Positions 13,016 through 30,819 of a stretch of DNA of 64,000 nt are shown in pieces (positions within the stretch are counted from its first letter, which is position 1; the number at the start of each line of letters is the position of its first letter). This DNA comes from Chrysomallon squamiferum (taxonomy: Eukaryota; Animalia; Mollusca), in NCBI GenBank assembly GCA_012295275.1, contig CM022667.1, positions 15,376,001-15,440,000 of the forward strand, given 5' to 3'. The position numbers were made by a program, and so were the translations under genes. The notes below the pieces were generated by a model. The model was not told where the DNA came from. It saw nothing but the letters and a program-made list of their open reading frames with translations, and searched no databases.

Positions 13016-13522
13016 CATATACTCAAACGAGCATGGAAACGCAAACATAACATAACAATATTTATAATAAATATACTACAATAGAAATGCGAAACAGATG
13101 CAGACAGTACGCAGACAAAAGCTAAATACATGTTGCACAACAAAATAACTGCTAACTTTTACACACAATTTTATTTTCATTAAAAATATTTTCAATAAAC
13201 TCCAACCAAATGTCACTCCACGACCTAAACTGCTGCTAGTGTGATATACAGACTCATTAATTTCTTCCTTTCTTTACAGAATTATTCATTCATTATATTT
13301 ATAAATTTAACATTACACTGGGGTATCAAACTAAGAAATGCGGTCAGATAAATAAAAGGCCACGTTACGTGAACACACCAGGTACACTTTGTTAAAGATT
13401 ACATAACTCGTTAATTAGTCAAAGAAACATTTCATGTCTCTAACCACATTAACACGAATTTCTAATATTACGCCATTTATTTTTTACTTTGCATTACTTA
13501 GATATCGTTTTCGTAAAGTAAA

Positions 13523-16102
<2,580 letters not shown>

Positions 16103-17514
16103 TTGTAAGTAGTTATGGATTTTAATAGACGTGAAGATAAACTGGATTTTATTTCTCTTGCACTTGCTCTTCCGAGTTCAAGTTCCTGACAGATGTTTCG
16201 TGCTCAGTTCAACTGTTTTGAATTAACAGTCACTAAAAATGTATTTCGTTGTATTTGAAAACGTAATGTCTTTGCGATACTAAAGGTTTCACGTTGATCA
16301 ACTGACAAAAGTGTTTTATTGCCAAAACTATAATGCTGAAGGCACCTTCTATTTCCTTTCTATATTCAGTTGTGATCTTCGTAAAAATGTATCTTCTCTA
16401 CTCATTCAGAATCCGTCGAATCTTACTCTTTCTGATTTTATAATCTTTATAACTTGCTACTAATTAGAATTCATTAATTTTCACAATTCAGTTTACTTTT
16501 CGTACAAGAGAGAAATTTTTTGTTTTCTTTTCTAGAAGTCGCAGTGTTTTGATGAGACAGTGGCTCACAAATGGAGTCGTGATGAATTTGTAACACACTT
16601 ATCACAAAATGTTTGAATACACGAAAAATAATGAAAGACGTTAGCATATAAATTTAGATCAAAAATCAATTAAATGTAGTTCTATGTTCAATATTTTTGT
16701 CCGTGAAAACGTCACAAAAGCCGCTAATCTTATTAAGGGTAAACAGCTTACATGCTTGTCTTCAACTTCTTTCTTTAAAAAGATGTCCTTTGATCGTTAG
16801 AATAATCTTTAAATAAAACGATCTTGCATATCATCGTTTAACAATATTCTGTTGTTAAAATCTTTGTAAAGATATTATCTCTTTAGTTTTGTTTTCATTA
16901 GATGGTTCATTGATTCTTATAATCTCAATGGTATTACTATATTTTGCAATGGAGTAACGTTTTCACGATCCGTTTAATTATCTTCTTTTATGTCAAGATA
17001 TTTGTAAAGACACTCTCTCATCAAGATGGAGATAAACAAAGAGGAAGATATGTTTATTACCGATGCTTTAATTACACATTTCATTATTTCTAGTAATCCT
17101 TTTGAAATCATTTTATAAATGCATGCACGTTTTTAGTACTGATTTAATCTAGGATAGACTCATTAGCTGTGAAATACTTAATGAACTTTTCTCTAATCTT
17201 TATTCTTCGTGAAGAAAAGTTATTAAACAAATTGATGTGTTACTGTATAGAGGCTTTCTCGCTGACGGGTCATTCAAGTACGTGGAGATTCTTCTAACAT
17301 TCACCGTATTTACTGGCATATAACATGTATCTCTAATTAAATCCTGGAAAGAATATCTCTCATTTGTAATAACGACAGATACTTTTTTTTTCCTTAGTAA
17401 CCTTTCAGGTAATCAGCAATCGAGATCGCAGAGGCAGAGACCATTGTACAATCAGATGTATGGAAATGGCGTGTTCAGTGAGATATCATGCATCCATTAT
17501 TTAGAAAAGCTTAC

Positions 17515-17690
17515 CATAAAATAACATGAAATGAAATAAAGCAAAGCAACAAGAAAGGAAAGTAAATTAATGTAAAGTAAAGCAAAGCAAAGTAAAGTAA
17601 ATTAATGTAAAGCAAAGCAAAGCAAAGTAAAGCAAAGTGTAAAGTAAAGTAAAGTAAAGTAAAGTAAAGTAAAATAAAATAAAATGAAAA
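17515..17690. repeat. Degenerate pentanucleotide satellite (AAAGY)n in the spacer of the inverted duplication
   Basis: Runs of AAAGT, AAAGC and AAAAT are directly visible. Confidence 0.85.
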
Positions 17691-19993
17691 GAACCCGTTG
17701 AGTTTTAATGCCACGCATTTGGCTGAAAATAAATTGTAATATATTAAAATATTGAACCCAAGTTTTGAAGTCTAATTTATTACGAGAAAAATAAGCTTAT
17801 TATACGTGAACAAATACAATAATTAGCTTGTATTGGAAAAGATAAAGAAACCGATGCGACCAATGGGAGAGTAGTTAAGATTACGTAGTCTATAACTATT
17901 AAGTATCCTGTTAAATTATGAAGAACTCAAACAATTGATTTTATGAATGTTTCTTATTTTCGTGGAGAACCGAACTTATTGTTCTTAGGCTTTTGCAGTA
18001 TATCCTGTCCAAATATGAATTTCTGTTCTGATATGTCCATTAAAAAAGATCTCCAAAGATATGTTTCAAGAAATCTTCTATAGCGAGTAGCTTCTGTGCA
18101 TAAACGATTGTCAAGGAATAACCGCTTTGAAAAAGTCGACAAAGACTAATACGTTGTCCTTTATTATCATAACAAAAAATCTACAAAGACTGTGCGACAT
18201 GTTTTTACATAATATTTTGAAGCAATCACTAATAACATGATTTGACCTTTATGTATAACCATTCCTTTTCTCTGTTCTTTTTTTCCTCATTATGTTCTGA
18301 AGTGGGACGGAAGTTGTTTCAATTAAATGTCAATCTAGCGAGATATAAAGTGTTGAAAAATGAAATAATGTGAAATGTTATCTAGACTTTCCGGTACATG
18401 CCTTCTGCTGAAAGTTTTCTGTTGTTTACAAGCAAATAACATAAAAATATTGATATTTTTCTTCTTTTTGTTTCTTTTTCTCGTTTTCTATTTTTCTAAT
18501 TTTTTATTTTTTTTTTTATTTTTTTTTTTCAATTATACTTTTAGCAAGATTTTGCAAGATTTTGCAAATGCGTGGCATTATAACTCAGCGGTTTTTATTT
18601 TATTTCATTTCAGTCCATTTTCTGTTTTTCTCTGGTAGCTAAGTATTAGCTTCTTTTAATAGTGAAATTCGTGATATCGGACTGAACACGACTTTTCCAT
18701 ACAGCTGAGTGTACGAAGGTCTCTGCCTCTGCAATCTCGATTGCTGATTACCTGAAAGGTTACTAAGGGAAAAAATTCCATGCGTGTTACACATTAGGTA
18801 TTTTCTTTCCAGGATTTAATTAGAGATACATGTTATATGAGAATAAATATAGTCAGTGGTAGAAGAATCTCCACGTACTTGAATGACCCGTCAGCGAGAA
18901 AGCCTCTATACAGTAACACATCAATTTGTTTAATAACTTTTCTTCATAAAGAATAAAGAATAGAGAAAAGTTCATTAATTATTTCACGACTAATGAGTCT
19001 ATCCTAGAATAACTCAGTACTAAAAACGTGCATGCATTTATACAATGATTTCCAAAGGATTACAAGAAATAATCAAATGTGTAATTAATGCATCGGTAAT
19101 AAACATATCTTCCTCTTTAGTTATCTCCGTATTGATGAGAGAGTATCTTTACAAATGTCTTCACATAAAAAAAGATAATTAAACGGATAGTGGAAAACGT
19201 TACTGCATTGCAAAACATAGTAATACCATTGAGATTATAAGAAGCAATGAACACAACGCTAATGGGATAATATCTTTACAAAGATTTTAACAACAGAAAA
19301 TTGTTAAACGACGCTGTGGAAGACGGTATTATTTAAAGATTAGTCTAACGATCAAAGGACATCTCTTTAAAGAAAGCAGTGGAATAAAAGCAAGACAAGT
19401 ATCTAAGCTGTTTAGCCTTAACAAGATTAGCGGCTTTTTGTGACATTTTCACGGACAGAAATATTAAAGATCGACCAAGGTGTGATTTAATCAAAAATTA
19501 TATACTAATGTCTTTCATAATTTTTCCTGTATTCAAACATTTTGTGATAAGTGTATTATTACAAATTCAGCACGACTCCATTTGTAAGTCACTGTCTCAT
19601 CAAAACACTGCGACTTCTAGAAAACAAAACAAAGATTTTCTTTCATGTACAAACAGTAAACTGAACTTTGAAAATCAAAGAATTTTAATTAGTAGCAAGT
19701 TATGAAGATTATAAAATCAGAAAAAAAGTACGATTCGACGGACTCCGAATGATTAGAGAAGATATATTTCTACGAAGAACAGAACTGAACGTAGAGAGGA
19801 AAATGAAAAGTCTCTGCAACATTTCAGTTTTGGGAAGAAACAACGTTTGTCAGTTGATCAACGTGAAACCTCTGGTATCTCAAAGACATTACGTTTTCAA
19901 ATACAACGAAATACATTTTTAGTGATTGTTAATAAAAAAGTTGACTTTTGCACGAAACATCTGTCAGGAACCTGAACTGAGAAGAACTTACTA

Positions 19994-20400
19994 ACGACTG
20001 CGTTCAGTCTGGTGTCGCTCTTATCGTGTTTGTACGAGAGCACTCCTGTGGTGAAATGAAGAAAGCGATTGTAACAGATGAAATGCTTAATAGCAAGGTA
20101 TGTAATGTGTACAAAACTACATCCATTGGGAAAATGAATAGTGCTTTATACTGCTTTGAAGAAGACAGATGTAACGGAATGATAGCTTGTCCAGGTGTTT
20201 GTTATTTGGATTGTTTACGCTTGCCAGGTCTACAAGCCGCACAGATAATCAAACTTGTGAAGTATTGAGCTTAGTAAGTAAAATACGTTCATGTTAACTG
20301 TAAAGAATAGACAATAAAAATATAGTAATTTGTAACTATTGTATTTCGTTACCTTAATTGTATCTATTAAAAATAACTTTGAATATTACTAATGTTAAAT

Positions 20401-20496
<96 letters not shown>

Positions 20497-21619
20497 GTAT
20501 CTATCTATCTCTCTGTGTTAACAAAGCTGCGACGAATGAAATTAATTTCTTGCCTTATAGAATCGATGCAAGAACAATGGTTTTCCAGATGAATGTGCAT
20601 ATTGTGTCTTGTTCCTGATTACGCAGATCCGTATTGTGAAACTATTGAGTCAGATAATGAATATTTTAACAGTCTTACAATACAATCAGATAATTTTTAT
20701 ATTTTCTAGAATATTTTAACAGTCTTACAATACAATCTGATTATTATTTATTTTAATTTTTATATTTTCTAGGAATCATTTATGCGGGAACACAAAAATA
20801 TCTACAGAAAATTTATATTTTCTAATCACAAAAATACCTTATGCAGAAAAAGAAATATTTTATAATTTTAACCCTCGTTTATCGTCAAACACATTATTAA
20901 AATTAAATTTCAAAATTAATATTTATTTATTTGTGAAATTTATTTATTTATTTATTTATTTATTTATTATCTTTGTCTTTATTTCATTATAATATGATGA
21001 TTATTATTATTATTATTATTATTATTATTTCATTACATTTTACAGCTACATGTTACACGAATGATATACGACACTGAAACAACTTGATCGATGACCCTTT
21101 TAGTCACTGCTGACAGCTTGGTTCTGGCCGAGCCTCAATTTCACCTCAGCAAATCCGCCTGGAATATTTTTCATCCGACTCCAAGACGAACTTCACGTTT
21201 CTAAAGAACAAATCCAGGCCAAGTGGTAGAGCAAAAATTTCTCCAGTGGAACAACGGTATTAGAAAACAACCGGCATGGTAATATTGTTTCAGGTGACTT
21301 CAGTTCATTGATTTCCAAGATAGGAAATGGTTCTGCTATAATAAATTCTAAGAGTGTGTATGTCGACCGTGCCAAAGGAGAGGTAACTCTAGATATTCCT
21401 CCTTGGGTAGGGAGACCCGCAAGCTGGTCGTTAAGGAGACACACTAATACCGGTTTGGGTTTTCTCCTTAAATGGAACATCTCCAATGGAACTTATTTAT
21501 CAAGTAAGTCTTATACTGCATCATCAAACTGGTGCACTGATGATTGCTGGATTAAAACTCTCACCACTGATTCATATGGCAGCACATGGTTTGTCCAAAT
21601 GCGATTTACTTTACGATAA
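19994..21619 (+). pseudogene. A3: inverted pseudogene copy of A2
   Basis: ATG is changed to ACG at 19994 and exon 1 is frameshifted. Exon 2 starts at 20561 and its donor is lost (CAG|ATAAT). Exon 3 (from about 21045) has deletions, including one of about 0.67 kb joining DSYG directly to TWFVQM. The stop TGA is changed to CGA. Confidence 0.9.
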
Positions 21620-22488
21620 CGAAATCTAAATGAAGTAAAGAAAACAAAAATGGCTGAATATTAGACATTCATATTAACATGATCAGCGATATGAAATGTT
21701 TCTTTGACTAGTTAAACAGTTACATAATCTTTAACAATGTGTACCTGGTGTGTTCAGATGTAATAAAATTATCACAAAATGTGACCTTTTTGTCTATCTG
21801 ACCGAATCTCTGGGTTTGATACCCCAGTGTTGATACCCCAGTGTAATGTTAAATGTAAATCTACTGAATAAATAATTTTGTAAAGAAAGGAAGAAATTAA
21901 TGAGTCTGTAAATCACACTAACAGCAGTTTAGGTCGTGGAGTGATATTTTCTGCAACTTTTGATTGGAGTTTGTTAAAAATATTTTTAATGAAAATAAAA
22001 GTGTATAAAAGTTAACAAAACGTATTTTGCTTTTGTATGCGAACTGTCTGCATCTGTTTGGCATTTCTAACGTAGTACATTTATTATAAATATTATTATG
22101 CTTTTATACACACACGCATGTGTTCACGCGCAGATTCAGACACACAAGCACATATATATATATATACAAAAATCACACAAATACATGCGCATCTGCACAT
22201 AAACTAAATAAATGAAAACGTTTTATCGTTCTGGCGAAACAGTTTAATTATTTTGTCTTGTTCTCCTTTATTTGTTGTTGTTGTTTGTTGTTTGTTTTCT
22301 TTTTTAATCGCTATCATTTTTATTATTAAGTTGCAGAAAATCGTATAAAATAATATTCTCGGAAATGATCACAACTAATTCTATTTTTGATGATAAATAC
22401 TTACCATTACTATATAAAATTAACTTCTAATATAATTTAACTTTATGTTGTTTTATTATTTTTATTATTATTATTATTATTATTATGG

Positions 22489-22526
<38 letters not shown>

Positions 22527-22542
22527 TGCAGTAGTACAAGTT

Positions 22543-22578
<36 letters not shown>

Positions 22579-23147
22579 ATAGTAGCGTAGTAGTAGCAGT
22601 AAATTATATTCTTATAAGGTCAACTATTTTACTTTTAGGAAGAGTTCTTTTAGTACACAGTGATTTTATATACAAGGTAAGAAAACTAGTTTTCATTATT
22701 GTATTTTTATTATCGTTGTCGTTGTTGTTGTTATTGTTATTGATTCTGATGATCATCATTTCTGCCTCCGTCACTGGTATCTTGTTTCATTGCGCTAAGT
22801 CACCTCTAATATTTTAATCTTTCTTCGTTTATTTCCAATACTTTTATCACATTTCTCCATGTCTTAATGATCTATTGAATTGGTGGTCTCTAAAAATTTT
22901 CATACTTTTATTTCAGAAACTGAAACTGACGTCATCAGTTTAACTGATCTTGACTTTAACTATAGTTATTAACGTAACAATGTCATTCATTATAAGATTA
23001 ACATTACATGATTTTATAACATAATTTAATGCAGGGAAAGAGACGAAATTGAAACCAAATTCAAATGTTTTAAAACAGATCTGAAATCAATATAATTATA
23101 CTAAATATAAAATATTATAAAATAGATTTCGAATTTAACATTTTTTT

Positions 23148-25232
23148 TTAAATTAACTCTCCGTTAGGATACTCAACAACAACACGGACGGAGGCACCTT
23201 TCAGAACCATCTCTCTCAGATTTGTGATTGATCCACTCTGTATCTCTCCACCATATTTCACACATAAAACGTTGATCCATTCACGTGTGTCCACGATCCA
23301 GTCTATTTGTTCTTGTTCTTCAATATCTTCTTTTACCGTTCCAGTTTCAAAGGTGTATCGTCGAGTCAATATGCGACTACTAGAAAATAGAATTTTTATT
23401 TGCGCAGTTCCAGATAAATACGAAGTATTTACACTGATGGGCTCCATGATATCTTCTAAACAAGCAATGATATTATATTCATATATATACACAGCATTCA
23501 TAGTTAAAGACAGACCTGCTACAACTATTCTGAGTCGATGACCACTGAGTAACGCTCTAGCTAAGTTATCTACAGAACCGTGGAGACTGCTACCATATTG
23601 ATCTACTGTGAATATTTTAATCCAGCAATCATCAGTGCACAAATAAAATCCCGATCTTTTTGAAAGGTTTCCCAACCTCGACCCTTCGACAGCGTTCCAT
23701 CTTAAAATGTCAGTCCATGCCGATTTCGTTTTTCTAGTCAGGAACCAATAAAGAGGTGATGTAAACGAGTTGAATCCTCTGGAAGCATTCTGTCCCACGG
23801 ACGACAACATGTTGATTACTATCTGTTCCTTTTCTTGGTCAAACAAAAGAAATTCGTTGACGTCACATCCAAGCCTTCAGCGAGCTTTGAAAAAAAAGGG
23901 TTCAAATTAGATGGAACAACTTTCCCAAACGAAAAACTGGTTAATGAAGGTGACCCCGTTGAGTAATCTTTGATGTACCATTTGGCTTTCACTTCTTCCG
24001 TGGTAGTATTTAATTCGGGTCCACTAATGTCGACATATAAAGCTGTCTGGTATTTACCTTCGTTGATTATTCGGAAAATTCTTTTGGGGACATTTTCAAA
24101 TGTTTTCCACGAAGATTTACTGAGATGGTAAAGTGACTGAATCCACGGTATCGTGTTATTGTAAGCCGAGTATCTATCAACCGAGTAGATGTGTCTACCA
24201 TCGGTAATACCCTTCAGAGTAACTTTGCAGTGTTTTCTAAGAGCTGGCACAAACGTGCTGAGAGGTTCAGAAGACTCAGTATCGTATATCAACTTCCACT
24301 TGTCGTAACATGAATCTGTAACAATAAACAGATAGTCACTGGAAGAAATATATTTCAGGACACATAGGATATCAACGTATCATTGTAACTTCTTGACGAT
24401 ACCTCTCAGAATAATAAAAACAGCAAGTATTATAATAATGATAAGGATGATTGTAGTTATGATGATGATGATTATGATAACTACAGGGTGTCCACAAAGT
24501 CTGGGTACATGGGGAATTTTACTATGTTATTTATTTATGTTATTTTTTTTACCCAGATCGAATTTTGTCTAAAGAAGAAAGAATGAATCACGACGATGGT
24601 CTTAAAAGTTGCAGAATTCAACCTTAGACACCCTAATAGACAATCTATCAATTTTTGGTGAATAACGAATAATATAAATTTAAATATTTCTTACCTGACA
24701 TGACAGATTCACAGAACGGACCTCCGTAACCACGAGTACAGACACAGTATCCATTTTCATCTGGAAAACCTTTGTTCTTGCATCGATTCTAAAAAGAAAC
24801 AGAAAATTACGAAATTAGAGAGAGTGAGAGAGATAGAGAGAGAGTAATGACATATGATGTGGGTCATGTTGCAGTTCAAGAAATAGTATTATAACCAATT
24901 ATGACACACATTATTTAGTCACATATATTACTTACAATGTTGAATACTTCACATGTCTGATTGTATATCTCAAGTACAGAAGCTTTCTCAGTGTTGAACA
25001 TTCCAAACAGATGACAGATACCGGGACAGACTATGATTCCATTACATCTGTGATCATTATTACAAACCACAGAACACTCATATTTCCCTACAGCTGTAGA
25101 GTTATAAATTTTACTGAACTTTAGAGCAAGATTTTCGTTTGTTGTCATTTCTTTGTTCATTTCGATATTAATGCAGTAAGTCTGTGCGAAAGCAAACGTG
25201 AAACACATCACTAATATTAACAGCCTAATCAT
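23148..25232 (-). pseudogene. A4: family A copy with frameshift and 3' truncation; exons 25232-24936, 24788-24695, 24315-23148
   Basis: The signal/PAN and EGF exons are intact. A 1-nt deletion near 23845 splits exon 3 into ORFs 23819-24292 and 23148-23846. Homology stops abruptly after VVVEYPNGE, so roughly the last 85-90 aa are missing. Confidence 0.85.
24484..24635. mobile_element. Possible short Tc1/mariner-type MITE remnant in intron 2 of A4
   Basis: It starts TA-CAGGGTGTCC and ends GACACCCT-A, an 8-bp inverted match. No equivalent is seen in the homologous intron of A6 (about 32410-32470). Confidence 0.35.
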
Positions 25233-27188
25233 GGTTACTGACTAAATATTTTAATAAATTACTTTCGAAATATTGTGTGGCTATGTTCTAAGAAATGCTA
25301 CAACTATCGTTAGTACAGCTGCACTGTATTACACTGTTTGTAACTATTCGCTAAACGTATAAAGAAAAAGAGGTTCGATTTAATAGATGAGTTATTGATT
25401 TTTGATTTTTCTTGAACACTCAATGGTGCCTTTCCATACATTTGCTGGTTACAACACTAAATAATCGTTCCTTTCGTGAAATTAAACGTTTCTCACTAAT
25501 AAAGAGAATCGCGAAATATAATATTTCTTCTGACAGTGCAGAGAACAGTTGGAACTTCGTGGAAAAAATCCTGACTGACTTGATTTGTTTCTCCGCTATT
25601 TTTGCGCTCGACATCGTTTTTAAATGGATTGGAGAGACACTTTCATAAACTTATAATAAATTTATCAGTTAACCAATGAGAAATGAATTTTTTTTTTTTT
25701 TTTTTTTTTTTTTTCAATAATGTATTGAATACAAATTTAACAGAAATTATCAGTATGTTTCATAGTCATCGCATTCGTATCGCATGGAGAAAATTAATTG
25801 TAAAGCAGTGAACTGTGATTGCATATTCAATGGTTTGTCTTCGACTCAAGTAAAATCAGTTCAATAGATTTTTTCATATTGTTTCTCTTTTTTATTTTTT
25901 TTTTTTTTTTTTTTTATTTATATATTTATTTTGGGTTCGATTATTGTTTTGGTATTGTCTAGACTTTTAGAAAGAAATCGATTGAAGAAAACGTGGTGAT
26001 GTTGCAATATTTCTGCCATTTAAACATCAGGATAATTAAAGTTTATGAATCATGGATACTTTTAAGATTTAAAAGTATTTATTGTATTTTAAATGTCATA
26101 TACCAAAACAAATTTTGTATGCAAATGCTGGCCAAACAGAAATTTAATTAAATTAACCTTTTTATTTTCGCAGTTATTTTTAAATTATCTTTGAAACAAA
26201 AGAGATGACACACAATGAACGATTCACGCAACGCAGAATTTTATGCATTAAATATTTAATAATAGATACCTCCTTTCTTCAGTACCATAAAAAGAAGACT
26301 ACTGCATCGTTAAAAGTAAAGAAACACGAAGCAATAGTTTGTAGAACTTTATTCACTAACTGCTTAATAATCACTGGATTTCTTTCATCTCTAATGTTGC
26401 ATCCCGAGTTTTCACAAACCTTTCAGAAAATAATGGAAGCCGTCAGGTCTTTAAATAGTAAAAAAAAAATACAAATGAAATACAGGAATTAGATATAAAA
26501 GGAAATTTGGTTTTGAAAACTGACAAATGGAAACAATAAAAACGATGTCAGAATGTCTTTTTCATTAATGTTTCATACCAACGTGTAACTTACTATTGTT
26601 TAAAAACAGTGGAATTTTCCTTTGATTTTTTAAGAAACATAATTATGATATATAATTCTTCCTGAGATTTTCAAGAAAAAAAAAAAGAAGAAGATAAAAG
26701 AAAAATTTTCAAGTCGAGATTGTATAGAATACAAATATATAATATAATGACAAAACAACAAAAATTCATGAAAACAAATGTTTCTACGTTTTCTATTAAT
26801 CCAATACTTATATAATGGTTGTTTTGTTTAGTTTTTACAAAACAGTTGCTATCAGAATTGAAGAAAATAAATCAATTTCTGTTCTGTTATTTTTCTCTGA
26901 ATATCCAGTAAAAACAATCGTGAAAATCATTAAAGGCTGCAGCAGTTTTGTCCGTTACATTGGTATGTTCAGAGAGAAAAAAAGTAACGAGACCAGTGCC
27001 GTGTTGTTTTCAGTAAACATTTACTACGATATCTCTATGATGACTGGGGTCGGTTCTTTTCTTTTCTTTTTCATTTGTTGTTATTGATATGAAAAAATTC
27101 AGCAAAAATTGTGTTATTTATCTCTTTAAAATATTCACTGTAATAAGTCTGGGCAGAGTAATATAGCTCTGTTGTTTACAAGATGTGG

Positions 27189-27285
<97 letters not shown>

Positions 27286-27329
27286 ACATATAATAGTTTA
27301 AATGTATGTGAATCGTGTGCAATACAATT

Positions 27330-27630
27330 ATGTTGAATACATCACAAGTCTGATTATCTATTTCCATTACAGAAGCTTGGACAGTGTTGAAAATTCAAAA
27401 ACAGCTGACAGATACCCGGACACGTTACGATTCCATTACATCTGTGATCATTATGATCATTATCACAAACTATAACACACTTATATTTCCCCTCAGATGT
27501 AATATTATAGATTTTATTTAATTTAAAGCCAGGTTTTCATTTATAATCATTTCTTTGCTCATTTCAATACTAATGCACTTACTCTCAGACCTGAAACACA
27601 CCGCTACTGTTAACAACCCTATCTTAATTA
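27330..27630 (-). pseudogene. A5: orphan degenerate exon 1 of family A
   Basis: The reverse strand reads DHRCNGIVTCPGICQL...EIDNQTCDVFNI with frameshifts, followed by the intron-1 (CT)n tract. No exon 2 or 3 follows. Confidence 0.8.
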
Positions 27631-29226
27631 ATGAGAATTTCGAGATTAATACTTTTTGTTTATTCAGATTTTTTTTCATATTATTTATATTTTTTTTTTT
27701 TTTTTTTTTGTTTAATAAAATAGGGGTTATTTCAGGTTCACGAAGTAAACTTCCCTTAATGTTTTGAATAAAATTGCGATTATCTATTAAAAGGATTTTG
27801 CCGAAGAACTCTGTTGCTTAAAAGACGTGTTCTTTCTGTTGAGATCATTGAGCACTCTTTATTCAAACAAACAACTGCACTACGACTCCAAAACAGTTTT
27901 TTTACGGTGGAAAGTGTGCCGTTATAAGTGAAATGTAAGATAATTTTATCTTCTAGTCATCCCAGTTAATAGTCCGATAAGAAGAATTCACGAATTTGTT
28001 TTCAATTTTTGATTTTCCATCCAGACATCGATGTTTCTACCAGTACAGTATTGTGCACAAATGGGAATAATTTGATATGTTTCACACACTTATAACATGC
28101 ATTACAAATCATTTAAATGATGAAACATTAAACTGTTATCTCAGTTGTGCAATACGGTCTAAGCCAGCCGCTGGTTATTAACACTTTGGTGTATAGCTCA
28201 TATGTCGCATTCAGTGCAAATTAATTGTAAGCCACAAACATGTTACTGCTCATTTCTCTAGAAAGATAGTTTTGTTTTTGTGTGTTTTGTCTCAACTGAA
28301 GTCTGTTTTCCATTTTATTGATTTCTCAGTGTCAAAATATTTCTAACGAATTGTCTGCATAGAAAATGTATTGTAGATTACTAAAATATTACAGTTTTCT
28401 GTCACTTTGTAGTTTAACTAAATGTCATTTGTTCTTGTTGATGCCGTCTTATGTTTTTGATTGCTGCTTCTTTACAGAAAAACTGTCCCCTAGGGAAACT
28501 GCAAACGAAGAAAAATTATATTTTAAATCCTTTTCTATGTCATAATTATTTTTAATTCAGATTTTACTGAATAGATTTTAGGTGACAAAACAATAAAATC
28601 ATCTAAAAGATACATATTTTTGAAAAGGATTGTCCCCTATAATTGTTCATTAACACCTGGAATTATTTTGTTTTAGAAAAATAACTGTACTGATTTTGTA
28701 GTCAGACGAGAATAATAAAACAATCGCTTATAGAACGTTTTTTCACTAAAGATCTAATAATGGCTAAACTAATCTCTGTTTGTTGTGTACTGTAAAAACT
28801 GCAACCAGTCAAAAACGTAATGTCATTGTGGACTCATACAGAAAACAAAAAGCAAATCTTCAAATAAAAGAGTAAAATAGATTTTATTGCTAAAATAGGA
28901 AATTAAAATCAGAATAAGATAAAAGTAAAACTATAATAAAACATTTCAAAATTCTTCGTGGTTTTGTAATTTGTTCTCTATTTCTTTGTATTAATGTGTT
29001 TTTTTTTAGTATCGTATGTAATATTTGCTGATGGTTTGTTAAAAGTTGTCACCAAAGGGCAGTTTGTAGGTTTCCATTTCATACTATTTATCCAATATGT
29101 ACAATGAGATATACCCATTGTTACCATAATAAAAAGATAATAAATAAATAAATAAATAAGTAAGCCAGAAACAAAAAATACTAAAATAATAGAATAAAAA
29201 AAAAAATAAATAACAAAAACACTGAC

Positions 29227-29299
<73 letters not shown>

Positions 29300-30258
29300 T
29301 TGACTAAATGGTAATAAAATATACGACTTGACATCTCGTAAAAGAAGTCCATGTAGGCCATATTGTAGATTTTCAAGACTATTTTCAAAAGGAATAAGAA
29401 AACAGTCAACACAAAGACAACGAACCCGAGTGAACTAAACGATATTTTGAAGATAATGTGTGTAACTTAATTCATAAAATGAATGGAACTTCTTTCGACG
29501 CAGACCATATTCAGTCAGATTTCCAGAACAATAAATAGCAATAAGAGGAAGATATTCGAAGGACAACGACAACGAATTTAGAGTATTCGAGACAAAAGAT
29601 GAATGATGCAACTGAACTAAAATGAACTTAACTTTGGTGCATTCAAGCCACAGTTTCTGAGGATAATTACACACAACAAACAAAATAATTATAATTATAA
29701 GAAGATGATTGGTTTACGTAAGTTCAAAAATACACAAAATATCAGCCAGATGAATAGAAATTAATTTTTAATTAGATCATATAACATATTTCCTAAGCAC
29801 ATCACCCTTATTAGAGTAACATAATTTATAACATTTATGTATACTTGGTTTACACTGACAGAAAGAGGTAAATGGCGATTTCCTGCGAACTTGAAGTATA
29901 TGTAAGTGTATATGTGTCTGAGTTTGTGCGTATATATTAAATTTTGTATTGGTACAGGATTTTGATTGGCTCTGAATAATATGATCATCTTGGTGCCTTC
30001 GTTACAAAAGTTTACAGTTTGCAGAATTATTACTCGAATCACATATCATAGATGGTAATGAATACAATACAAAACTTTTATTTCCTTCTGCGAAATGACG
30101 CTGTATGTTCATTATATAGATACTATGAAGGTAATGAAATATGTGTATATATATATTCATTACCTTCATAGTAACTATTAGGAAATTATTTTCAATATTA
30201 CTAATATTAAAATAATCTCTCTCTCTCTATCTCTCACACTCACACACACTCTTTCTTT

Positions 30259-30308
<50 letters not shown>

Positions 30309-30819
30309 TCAAAATAAAAACTATAATTCTTTGCAGTAATCGTTTTTTGAATACATACACGTTTATTCACATTCTGTAAAACGGAGTATATGTAAGAATA
30401 TTTAAACACACAAGAAAGTATTTCTACAAGTTTACTTTATGAATTCTAAATGTATTTGGTGATATTTGCCAACGACAGTTTATGAAAGGCCTATTTAAGA
30501 TTGTAAGTATCTAACTTTTCGTTTCTATATAATTTCTATTAGGAAATTCCAGCAAAGAAGTATTATCACATATTTAATATTGTAAATGATGTTAATATCA
30601 GTACAGCGAATTGTACTGCTACAAAGAAATTGTGTTGTGTTGGTTAATAGTTTACGTTAGTGCCGTCTCATTTTGATTTTTCCTTATTTTCCTTATTTGT
30701 TTTCTTTTTTCGTGTTTATGCCTAATGTTTTCATTTATAAGTATCTTCATATCTAAATTTTAGGTTCTTCACGTTAATTATTTTAAAATAGATACAACTC
30801 ATGTCCGTCAGCATTTTCG

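Noticed and set aside
26815-27087. Duplicated ORFs 26815-27087 and 34591-34896 with similar translations
   Set aside because: The similarity is explained by the 7.8-kb segmental duplication. No splice context, motif or codon-level conservation is evident.
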